NCBI GenBank assembly: GCA_001938485.1
Contig: MQRK01214937.1
Location: 1-60,096, forward strand
Reading direction: 5' to 3'
Source of the DNA: Girardia tigrina
Taxonomy: Eukaryota
Length of the DNA: 60,096 bases
Shown here: piece by piece, positions 35,122-46,827 of the stretch
Layout: every line of letters begins with the position of its first letter
Position numbering within the stretch: position 1 is the first letter of the stretch
Program-made: the position numbers and the translations under genes
The notes under the pieces: generated by a model
Databases searched by the model: none
What the model was told of the DNA's origin: nothing
Seen by the model: only the letters and a program-made list of their open reading frames with translations

Positions 35122-36101
35122 TGTTAGTGGTTTAGTACGTTTAATGCTGGGTATAACTAATTAAATTGACGTTTAACATGATTCTGTTCAAGCAAATATA
35201 TAATTCTGAGTTAAATCAACTTTATTCGAAGGCTGCGTTGCTTGTTCGTAGCTCGAACCCAGCTCAATATTTGATACCGTTAAATTTATTTCAATTCAGA
35301 TCAATAACAAATATTATAAAATTTATATTTGATAATCACAAAATTTTGTACAAGGATCTTTGATATAATAATCAAGACTGAATAACAATTTGATGGTAAC
35401 TTGTTTAAAAATGTATTTTCTTTTTATATTTGCTTTTTGTGTTTCAGTTTTGCTTTTAATTGTGTATTTTTTTTAAAATTTTTTTGAGGGTATTTATACC
35501 CGATTTTATTTATATATAAAAAAATATACATATATTACAATATATTAAAATTTTAATTATTATTTATTTTATAATTTTATTATTATTATTATTATTCATT
35601 TCTTTAATTTGGGCCAACATGTGGCACCAATTAGTCAACCCGCTCTGAAATCTTGGGTGACATTCCATGTAACATTCCATGATCATTCCATGAAAAAAAT
35701 TGAAATTTTGCCAACATGTGGCATAAATCTTATGGGAATTTGTTCCCATCAATCTTATTTTTGGATTTTACAAAAATTGTATTTCTACTTGGGCGAGATT
35801 ATACGCGATTGGCGAAGCCAATCGGTTCATCGCCCAAGTAGAAAAATTTTCATTTTTTCCAAAATTGAAATGTAAGTAAATTTTTATTTAGTAATAATAA
35901 TAATAACAACAACAATAATAATAATAAAATAATATATTAATAATAATATTAANNNNNNNNNNNNNNNNNNNNNNNNNNNNNNNNNNNNNNNNNNNNNNNN
36001 NNNNNNNNNNNNNNNNNNNNNNNNNNNNNNNNNNNNNNNNNNNNNNNNNNNNNNNNNNNNNNNNNNNNNNNNNNNNNNNNNNNNNNNNNNNNNATAATCA
36101 T

Positions 36102-36600
36102 ATGTCGTGCTCCCCTTCAAACAACATTATTAGCGACTCTGAGCCCCCATCCGTTTTTCTTTAGAGTTCAACGGCAACTCTATCAAATTAAGTTAACTAT
36201 AACTCAACAGGGAGCAGACGCAACTCTCTTGTCAACATCAACGAGTTTTGCAGACATTAGAGCGCCTTCGGGTCCGTAACCAGTAACGAGGACATCCCGA
36301 CTGGTAGCTGAGTTTCTGGAGGGGTAGATGTGAACTTGATTTACGCTTATTTCGAATTCATTTTATTTTCCTACAACGGACAAAGACACCCTAGAGCCAC
36401 AAGTGACGGTCAGCCCACGTACCCCTGTGCATTCTATGGGCCGCCTGCACCGTCTCTCTAGACCCTCTGTCCGTTTATGCTTGACTCATATAATTATACG
36501 AAGTTTATAGTGTTACATATTATGTTTATTTAAAGAACAACGGGTTCAACGAAATGTCGACTCTAAATGTTAACACGCTCAACAATAAATACACTTACAA
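36102..36600 (+). mobile_element. LTR-like fragment, family D (3' boundary uncertain)
   Basis: Starts TGTCGTG, has CTCTGAGCCCCCA ~34 nt in, a GC-richer body and a downstream AATAAA. Confidence 0.45.
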
Positions 36601-39064
36601 ACCCATCAAGTATGACAGGAGTTTCAATAAAATAAATAAAATGTTTTACTTCTAGATAAATGAACTTTAGGGAAACTGCATTTAAGATTTGTCGGAAGTC
36701 CTTAATTTCGTAAGTTATTTTTCAGTAAACAAGTACGAGTATTCGACGGGACCCCCCCAAAATTGTTGTTCGCGGCACAATAATACATTAAAGGTGTTTA
36801 ATTTCAAGAAATGTTCGTTATCCGGAAATAATAATAATTGAAAGGACAATTTGTGTTCTTCTACATGAATACTTCATCATTTACTTGATACTAAGGTACA
36901 AAATATCTGTAGAGTCGAACTTAATATTAATTATTGACAACCTTGTTTAGTTAGAACGACAAACGAGACAGTACGTAAAATTTATTATAGTATTTATGCT
37001 CAAAAGACCGCTAACTATTGTAAAACATTTGATAATGTCATTTTTTCTTTGTATGATGTCAGAAAACGAAATTGATTTATAAGGTAAAAATAATTACGAC
37101 ATTTTTATGACACAAATTTTGGCTCGCATGATTGTAAGAAGCACGGTTTATTTCTCGATAAGTAAATCTTTCCCAATTACAAATTAAATTTCGATTATGA
37201 AGTATTTACATAATTTGAGTATTGCTGTATACAAAAAAAATAAAATTGTAATGGCTATTTGATTTTAATAAATCAAGATCGATTTATAAATTTCCAATTA
37301 AATTATTTTTAGTTTACTGTAAAATAATAATAGTAATCTTTTCTTTTCGTTCGATGAAATCATCAAGAGGATAAATAAAGGAATTTTAGTCTTTCTAATT
37401 GATAAAACAATCAATATTCTATTAAATATGAAAAATGATTCGAAAGTTTGAACATTATCATAATCCATCAAATCAGTTTTTTGGTATGGTTTCTTGTACC
37501 ATGGAAGGAATATCAAAAGAGTTGCATCAGCACATTCCAATTTGGGACTTTCGTTCTTTGTATTGGAATTTATTATATTTACTTTGGTTTATGATTGATT
37601 ATTTACTTCTTGATTTGGCAGCATAAGATTTCAATGATTTTTAGGACTTCTGTGAATCATTTAATGATCAAAAAATAAATCCTATTTCGCATTATTGATT
37701 TTTTACCTTTTTAGAAACAATAAATTTGTGCATAGCTACAAAAATTAAAACAAGAAAAGTACATCATGTATAACCAGTCAAAACGAATTCCCAAAAAAAT
37801 ATTCTGCAATTGAAATACATAGTAGCAAAGCAGTATTAATTTCATCCTACTCATTTTCTTCTAGAATGCAACTTTATAATGGATTGCCACACTTCATCCA
37901 TAAAAATCAGTTAAAGTGATTATTTCATATTATTGAAATTAATTATCGGATTGAATATTTAATATCGCCTAAAATAATTTAATTCGTTAACACTAATGTA
38001 AACATGACATGTTTAACGATATTGTCTGAAAAAAAATTTTTTTTAAACAAATTAGATATGAACTTTAAATATATATATTTTAAGTATGTAAATATTTTAG
38101 TTAATAGAATATACAAATATCAGATCTGTCAAAAGCTCCTGAAGGATTAATAAAAAATTTTTATTATAACAATTAGTTTTAACTTCAGTATTCGAAATTT
38201 CTCGTTTTTGAATATTTATCGAATCTTTGATCATTCTAACAATCCATTTGAAAATCTCAATTATAAAATTTCTATAAACAAATTAGATTTATTTAACAAA
38301 TTTATTTAACAAATTTATTTTAACAAATTAAATATTTAAAACATAAAGTTGTAATAATTGTTAAGAGAACTCACACATTTGACAGAACATTTATTACATT
38401 CACAATTTTTATCATCTTTATGATGATCAACAGTAAGGCTTTTACTAGATTCCATCAATCAATTTTTCCATATCTCTCATTATAATCTGAACTAACTTGA
38501 GAAAAATATTTTATTTAAAAATATTTACTTTAAATTTTATTGGCTGAAATAAAATATTTTTANNNNNNNNNNNNNNNNNNNNNNNNNNNNNNNNNNNNNN
38601 NNNNNNNNNNNNNNNNNNNNNNNNNNNNNNNNNNNNNNNNNNNNNNNNNNNNNNNNNNNNNNNNNNNNNNNNNNNNNNNNNNNNNNNNNNNNNNNNNNNN
38701 NNNNNNNNNNTATAAAAATTAAATATTGACAATCCATCTGGTTAGGAGAGGCACAATCGCAAATCAACATACAACATTTAAACATACAAAAACTACACAA
38801 AAACATCCACACACCAAATATTCCTCACAATAATTTTAATCCGATCTTCAATTTATAATTAAAATCGATCGTTGAAAATCTTAATCAATCTAGTAAATAA
38901 GAATTACTTGCAGACATTTTTGATAGATCACAAAATAAATATAACAACCAAGCACCTAATTATTTAAATATTTCAAATTTATTGTTAATCTTGTAAATAA
39001 GAATTACTTCCGTAAATTTTCAATTAATGATAGATTACAAAATAAACATAATAATTAAGTATTT

Positions 39065-39890
39065 AGTTATTTAAATATTTTAAAATTTATTGTATATTGA
39101 AACCACAATTATCTAGTATTTACATCGCCATCTACACGGGCGCAACTCAATCGCGTGTCAGAGCCCGAGGATCATCTCACCGGATCCCTCGGATTCGGAG
39201 ACGGATTGCGATGTATCCCCACGTCGACATCTACCTTCATCTCTATTAATAACTAACGAACTATTAGATATAAGAGTTTTATTAGAATTATAAAATAGTA
39301 CAAACAGACAAAACAATAAAATGCGAATAAAATAAAATAATATACCGTAAATGTCTAGGATTTTCCTCAGATTAAATCGTGCAAATTAAAATTAAAAATG
39401 TCGTGGTCTGAAATCGAGTGTCGCGGCCCTGCCCTATATACTATACGGATGTGCTATCAACATAAACACAATCCGTCCGGTATTCAGCATCCGCGCAGGA
39501 TGCTCGCGGTCACGCAGGATGTGCGTGCAAAATGCCCGGTGATGTTTATCCACGCAGGATGTGCGTGATCAACAGGAACACGAGGTAAATTTTTTTTGTT
39601 TATTGTTCGTATATTTATCAAATTCACGTAGGATGCTCGTGGATAACCCGTGCCAATATCGTCTGGATTCGAATTCCAGATTTCAAATGTCAACGGTAAG
39701 TACTATTAATTAAATTAATTAAAATTTTAACTTTTGTTCTTTTATTTTAGAAGGGGTCCTCATCCTGTTCGGAGTTCGGCGCGCATTTACAATTAACGGG
39801 GGATAGTCAAGTTTGACTATCCCCCACACTTGCTAACTTTGGCGCGCGTCGGGTAACGAATGGGTGAAGGGGTCTTCTTGGGCCGTAACA
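39065..39890. repeat. Family B repeat, second copy
   Basis: Colinear with 14075-14938. Confidence 0.8.
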
Positions 39891-40594
39891 CATAAATAAT
39901 ATTACTTTTAATAATAACATTAATAATACAATTATAATAATAATTTAAAAATAAAATAATAATGATAATAATAATAATCAAATAATAATTATATAAATTT
40001 TTATTAAGTCAATCCTTTGGCGAACTTCTCCGCCCAAAGCAGGAGTACCCTCATAATGAATGGGTCCCTGCGGAGGAAAGAAAAACTCGCCGTAAAGGAA
40101 TATAATAATTTTAATTTCAAGAATACTAATAATAATATAATAAAAATAATTATGAAAGTGATAAAATTAATAATTATTAACAATAATTATAATAGTAATT
40201 ACACTAATAATAATAATAATTAAATAAATGATTATAAAAATAATATTATTAATTATAGCAATATTATTTATATTCATAATAATTTAGATTCTAATAATTT
40301 TAGTAATAATAATAATATAATAAAAATAAATAAAAATAAAATTAATGATGTTATAATAAATTTTCATTAAGATTTATATATATTTCTTTATTATTATTAT
40401 CCCAATTAACTGCCTCGCGTCCCTGAGCAACCTGCTCAAACAAAGGGAAGGTTAAAATGGGATTATCCGTCCTGTTTATTAGATTTATTTATTTGATTTA
40501 TTTATTTATTATTTTTTAAATTTTTTATTTAGGACAACGGGTACGCTTATTTATATATTTTATATTTTTCATATTTACAGAATCCCAACAAAAC

Positions 40595-41831
40595 TAAGTC
40601 GCAGATTCTAGCCCTGTCGAAAGAAAATCAACGGCTCCTTTAGGAAATCCAGGTATTGAAGCAATCAAATGACCAAAATGAGGCCCAATTATCGAGACTC
40701 AATGCGGAGTTTGAGGACTACAGAAGACAGTCAGTCCCAATGTCGGTACATCGACCCATGGTCGAAAAATATGTTCAATCTCAACAAAGAAATAAAAAAC
40801 TTCAAATGGACGTTGATGAAGAGAGAATCCAACAAAATATTATGACCTATCAACGTAAAATGGTCCAACGAGTTTCTCAAGAGCACCCAGAGCTAATTTT
40901 TAGGCGGCTAGGAACACGGAAACTAAGATAGTCGATGATCCAAGAAACAAACCTACAACCTCCAAATCAACAGTTTACGCCTCAATAATAAGAGAAGATA
41001 TGGCATTCTCTTCTCCGAGAATCATCAGTCGAGCACAGAAACGGCGAGAACAGAGGAAACGAAAAGCCCAACTGGCTCAACAAGCGCGAATTGAAGTGGA
41101 GGTTATCAAAACCCATACGCGTTTGGACACAGTGGTTGGAGAGCAAAAAATCCTGGACGAAGGTGATTTCGATTTTAAGAGGATTGACCGATCGCCACAG
41201 CCCAGTATGGATAATAAAATCGCCGTACCCCTTTCAAAGATTGGTATTGAAGAAGTAATCAGGAGAAAAAAATGGTTAGATTGGTAAGCCAAGTACAAAA
41301 CATGGAAGGAAGGTCGAGACCGCCTTTTGTACCGATCAATCACAACTGGTCAAAACGAAGAATTCGTCCGACTAGGATGATTAATGACGATGAACAGATT
41401 CTTCCTTTTTTATTTTTCTTTTGATTGATTAACAAATAACAACATTTAGAATTTGATTGCGTTTTTTCTCTTGTGGTCTATCTATAAAAATATAAAAGAT
41501 AAAAATAAGTAGTCTAACCTAAATAACAAATAAATAATCAATTAAATTAGGTAAGGACTCATAAATAAATGTAACATATGATATTAAAGAACATAAAGAT
41601 ACAGAATTCCGATCGATTAAAAACAAACAAAATTTTCAATCATTAGGAACCCGGTAGATAGTTGATTTTGTTCACTGGTGAAAGGATGGGACCAGATGAA
41701 CTTAATTGGGTATGGCATAGACCATATACCAACATCAGGAAGAGGTACCTGATGGGGTTTATGCCAAAAATAATATGTTGGAATTGAACCAATAATTAAT
41801 TTAATTAAAATAAAATTTATTGAACCCAGCA
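40595..41831 (+). mobile_element. Family A 3' LTR, right part (contains the LTR ORF to the stop at 41384)
   Basis: Matches 18035-19277, ends GAACCCAGCA and is not followed by a PBS. Confidence 0.88.
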
Positions 41832-41852
41832 AACGTTTCTGGGTACCAAGGT

Positions 41853-41996
41853 CCAATCGCGACCGTTGCTGCCTAGGCTAGGGACTTAGGAACCAATCAG
41901 AAGCGTTGACAAGTGAACCGGAACCGTTGCTAAGGTAATCTCCACCGTTGCTATGGTAACCTGATTTGTTGCCATGTTAACCGTTGCCATGGCAAC
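41853..41996. promoter_or_regulatory. Cluster of RFX X-box motifs and CCAAT boxes
   Basis: GTTGCTAAGGTAAT (41926), GTTGCTATGGTAAC (41947), GTTGCCATGTTAAC (41968), perfect GTTGCCATGGCAAC (41983). CCAAT at 41853 and 41893. Confidence 0.65.
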
Positions 41997-42074
41997 GGGT
42001 GACCTTACTCCCCGGGGGAAGGTGGTGACGAACATACATTTTCCCTCTACTTGACCACCCTGTATCGATGACGC

Positions 42075-43400
42075 CAGAAGATAAAAAACAGCGTTTTCAA
42101 TGGGTAATGATTTTTTCCAATTTATCAGAATACCCTTTGCACTCGCAAATGCTCCGAAATCCTTTCAGACATAACAGACTCTAGATTAAAACAACATTAT
42201 TATTGGCCAAATATGAAACAAGATATTACCGAGGGGATCAAGAAGTGTACCATCTGTGCTTCTAGAAAAGATACTGGTCATAAAATCAAAGCTTTTAAAG
42301 CCAAGTAAGCTCACTATGGATACAGTAAAAATAGATATAATTGGTCCATTCACTGAAACATACAAAGGCAACAAATATATATTAAGGTGTACAGACTTAA
42401 TGTCAAAATTTCAAGAGGCAATAGCCCTACCGGATCTAAAAGCTCAAAAAGTTGATAAAGCTCTTTTTTAAAGAAATAATTAACCGGTATGGAACTCCAA
42501 GAATAATACTTACTGACCAAGGAAGAAACTTTATGAGTCATGTTTTTGATGCATTAATAGATATAAATATTGAAGGAAGTATAGTGTATAAATATTGAAA
42601 TAAATATAAAGGAAGATCTTATACATAAAAAAATGAGAACAAATAGGTGGTCAAATAGAAAGATATAACAGAACATTGATTAATACACTGTCATGCTATG
42701 TTGGAAGATATCAAAAAGATTGATAATAATTCCTTTCAGTCTGTTTGTTTGCGTATCGATCTGCAAGGCATGCAACTACTGGATATGCACTTTTCGAATT
42801 AACGTATGGCATATCTTACAATTTATCAATTGATCAGGAATGACAACTTGACTTATATAAATATATGGATGATTCTGAATATGTGCAACATATGAAGGAA
42901 GAATTACCAAAACTATGGAAAATAGCACAAGATAATATCAAATTTAATCAAGAAAATGTAAAGGAATTATATGATAAAAGAACTAAAGCTCACACTTTCA
43001 AAGTGGGAGACAAATTATTAATCAGTCTACCTGAATATATTCCAAGAACTATTAATAAATAAAAGAGACCATACATAGGACCATTTGAAGTAAATCCAAC
43101 CAATATAAGAGTAAAGCAAGTTGATCGTTTGATGAATAAATCTTTCACGATTCATGTAAATATCTGTAAACTGGCAGCAGATGAAGAAACTGATAAAGAA
43201 GAGTATGCAATTAAAACAAGATCTGACCCAATTAATAGAAAAAAAAGAATTATGAAAGAGCCAATTAAAAGTTATAAATTGAGAAATCGTATTTGTAGTA
43301 TTAACACGATCAGCCAAAAGGATCAAAATTTTTCTGGTACAGATGTATCTCAGACAGATCATCATATGAAAAGCTACGAAACCAAAACAGAAAAAAAGGA
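42075..43400 (+). pseudogene. Decayed Gypsy pol (RT fragment, integrase) of a divergent family A relative (A')
   Basis: FQFIRIPFALANAPKSFQ; RLKQHYYWPNM...CTICAS; IDIIGPFTETYKGNKYILRCTDLMSKF; ILTDQGRNF; YDKRTKAHTFKVGD. Confidence 0.88.
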
Positions 43401-44207
43401 CAAAACAAGCGAATAATCACACATCTCATAACAAAGAGTTTCATTAAAAAATTCAAAAGTTAATGAAAACCAACAAAGTTTTCGCCAATATTTATTCAAC
43501 TATCTATCAAATTGATAAATTTTCCAATTTATTAATCATGATTGCAATTTGTTTACCAATAACTGTTTTTTTTGTTGTATCTTGTCTTGCCATTCGTTTG
43601 TCAATCTGCCACGGATATACTAAGCTAGTTCAAAATCCAGGAGATTACAAATAAATCAAAGTCAAATCAGAAAGGAATATGTGTTCGAGCAATGAAATAC
43701 AATGTGAAGAGTAACATTAATATTATATAATTTACTTTTGATTTAAAACAGTCACGATTGTGATCACTTTTTATAATATCGTCCTTTTATTTATGTAAGT
43801 CTTTCAAGCTTTTTGAATGTTGTGTTATTTGAATGTTGGGAAATTGTTATTTTACGATTCCGGGGCTGAATCTATTTAATTGGATATCGATTTTTTATTT
43901 AAATTAGTTAATTATTTGATTTAATTGATTTTAATTAACAACAAAACTAATTAATGAAAAAATTTAATTAATCGACGCTCACGCAAATTCTGTCTGATTA
44001 TTTGCACTTCTTAATTATCAATTTTTGGGACACCCAAAGTCTTTGATTACAAGAGTGAACCTATTATATTTCTTAAATATTATCCTTATTATAATGTTTT
44101 TGGACAGTTCACATATTTGATTTCGTGCACTGTCCCTCTTTTTGGTTGATGATTTCTTACATAGTGTATAAATATTTGAGTTTATGTGAGAAAAAGTGTT
44201 CAGACAA

Positions 44208-44254
<47 letters not shown>

Positions 44255-44257
<3 letters not shown>

Positions 44258-44906
44258 CTGTGGACAAAAGTCTGTTGACTCTCACATTTTAGCACAATAT
44301 ATTTGATAAATTTATGACATTTACAGCNNNNNNNNNNNNNNNNNNNNNNNNNNNNNNNNNNNNNNNNNNNNNNNNNNNNNNNNNNNNNNNNNNNNNNNNN
44401 NNNNNNNNNNNNNNNNNNNNNNNNNNNNNNNNNNNNNNNNNNNNNNNNNNNNNNNNNNNNNNNNNNNNNNNNNNNNNNNNNNNNNNNNNNNNNNNNNNNN
44501 NNNNNNNNNNNNNNNNNNNNNNNNNNNNNNNNNNNNNNNNNNNNNNNNNNNNNNNNNNNNNNNNNNNNNNNNNNNNNNNNNNNNNNNNNNNNNNNNNNNN
44601 NNNNNNNNNNNNNNNNNNNNNNNNNNNNNNNNNNNNNNNNNNNNNNNNNNNNNNNNNNNNNNNNNNNNNNNNNNNNNNNNNNNNNNNNNNNNNNNNNNNN
44701 NNNNNNNNNNNNNNNNNNNNNNNNNNNNNNNNNNNNNNNNNNNNNNNNNNNNNNNNNNNNNNNNNNNNNNNNNNNNNNNNNNNNNNNNNNNNNNNCAACA
44801 CATTTAAATAATTTTCACTTCTCATGGTGGTGTTTGGAGGCAAGAACCTTAATGTGTACTTAATGTGTAGAAAATGTGAAAGTCAACAGACTTTTGTCCA
44901 CAGCTG
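44255..44906 (-). mobile_element. Tc1-like deletion derivative inserted in a (TA)n tract
   Basis: ~36-bp TIRs CAGCTGTGGACAAAAGTCTGTTGACT(C/T)TCACATTTT with TA flanks. Remnant translation LPPNTTMRSENYLNVL. Confidence 0.88.
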
Positions 44907-45217
44907 TATATAAACCTTTCTTTTTTGTTTGTAGGCAAAAGGTTTGTTTCTTCTATAGTCAAGCGATGGAAGATGGGAGTTCAGAAACGTTAATAACCAC
45001 CGATGAGTTGACGGACAACGGCAGGTGTTTATATTGTCTGCCGAGACTGTTGACGAGCTGGTAGTGAAAATGAAAATTTCACATCATAAACGTTTGAAAT
45101 ATCATTGTCGTTCATAAATTGAGTTCTCTAATTTCTATAATTTTTTGTTTCGTTTGTTACATAAAACAATAAATAAATAGCTTGTCACTCGTAATTATTG
45201 TTTTTCTTCAGAAATGA

Positions 45218-45935
45218 ATGAGAAAAAAATTAATAGAAGAAAACGGCAGACTGTGTGAGGAAAATCACAAATTAAAGAGGAAATATGAAGGTTTGGAGGT
45301 GCGACTTATCCAAATTACGACAGAATATGAAAATCTTCAAAATAAATCAGTCCCCTTGGCTACTCATAAAAATGTATTTGATAAGTTACTTTCGAACAGC
45401 AAGCCAAAGTACTTAGAATGGAATAAGATGAAACGAGGATACAACAAAATGTCATCAACTATTGAAAGAACATCATTGATCGAGTTCTCCAGGAAAGTTC
45501 GAAAATAATAATTTATTCAGTCAACAAAATCGGAAAAACGTCAAGTCAGGAAAATTAAAATGCATCATCATCTTCAAATTCGACGACGTTAGTCGAACAA
45601 GAAAACGCTTAGAACAGAGAAAAAGTAAGGCTCAGTTGTACCAACAAGCTCAAGCTGAGTTGGAAAAAATCTATAAATCTAATTTTACGAATGACTTTGT
45701 AGTAGAGGTTGTCAGGGTAGAAGAAAGTCCCATATTGCTTCAACCAAACGAGTATAATAAAATAACTTTACCGTTGTCTTTGATCAAAAAGGATAAAATA
45801 ATCGAAAGGCAAAGACTGTTAGATTTTGAAACTAAAAGTCAAGACAAAAAAGCAAGACTAGAGTAACTGCTGTATCGCTGTATTAGTTATGGTCATGGAG
45901 AGGAATATATTGATTTATCTCAATCTGACGAATGA
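45218..45935 (+). pseudogene. Divergent homologue of the LTR-encoded protein
   Basis: EYENLQNKSVPLATH ~ EFEDYRRQSVPMSVH; RTRKRLEQRKSKAQLYQQA ~ RAQKRREQRKRKAQLAQQA; NKITLPLS ~ NKIAVPLS; LLYRCI ~ LLYRSI. Confidence 0.75.
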
Positions 45936-46666
45936 TTTAGATGGGTGGATTATTATTATTTCTTTTCTGAATTTCTAACAAAATAGATATTTTATGTGTT
46001 AGATAATAAATCAATACCATTGAGTTCATTCATGTTTTTAACTGCATTTTGTGTGTTTAAATAATATATAGGCAAGTAAATTATTAAATAAAAGGTTTTG
46101 CATCAATATACAAAGTAATTTTTAAGTTATGTGATAAAGTATTATATCTTCTTAATTGATGAATGAATAAACATTTAAGATAATATTTGGACACGAAAAT
46201 AAAATCTTGATGAAAGTTAATAAAACATTATAAACATCTCATTTAAACTTAATTTACCATCAAAACGAGAATTATAATAACTTTGTTTTTTCTTTCGGAA
46301 ATCGGAAGGTATCTGGCTTTACTCAGTTGCAAAGTTATATGGCCAGATGCGTCTAACTTGGTACGATGTGAACCACTCGCCAACATCAGGAGATATTTAT
46401 TGGTGAGGTTTACATCAAAATGATATGTTGGCACAAAATCAAATTAAAAATTGTTTTAAAAAAAGGAGAAAAGAAAATAATAAATAAAAATCAATAAAAA
46501 CCAACATATATATGTATATAAGACTATTATCTTTCTTAGAGCTATTCCACACTTTTTTAATTCGTTGCCTTTTATGTCAATCTCTAACGCATTTATCAAT
46601 ATCCGCATTGTTAACATTATTATTATCTCTACTTTCACTAATTTCTTTTTAAATTTTACTTTTCTT

Positions 46667-46768
46667 CTTAGTGCACTTTCATAAAGGAAAAAAGTGCTAT
46701 TGTAATCAGTATGTATATATGTATTTAAAAGTTTATATCAATAAATTACGGATACTAGATGCACTAAG
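46667..46768. mobile_element. Short Helentron/DINE-1-like non-autonomous element or MITE
   Basis: Inverted ends CTTAGTGCA / TGCACTAAG, stem-loop GCACTTT..AAAGTGC and GTAT-type microrepeats. Confidence 0.4.
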
Positions 46769-46780
46769 TATATAATATAA

Positions 46781-46827
<47 letters not shown>

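Larger units (their letters stand above)
35122..40590. mobile_element. ~5.5-kb insertion (TGTTAG...CCCAACA) with 4-bp TSD AAAC; AAT-rich giant solo-LTR-like unit containing nested family D and B repeats
   Basis: AAAC at 35118-35121 and 40591-40594. Removing the insert restores LTR A and its reading frame (TTG AGC AAA ACT AAG TCG). AAT-rich tracts occur at ~35880-35950 and 39895-40400. Confidence 0.75.
43880..46440 (+). mobile_element. Divergent family A' 3' LTR (with nested Tc1 derivative)
   Basis: It follows GATTCCGGGGCTGAATC and has blocks colinear with LTR A (aattaatcgacgctcacgc, gggacacccaaagtctttgatt, hairpin, ORF, 3' structure). Confidence 0.75.
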
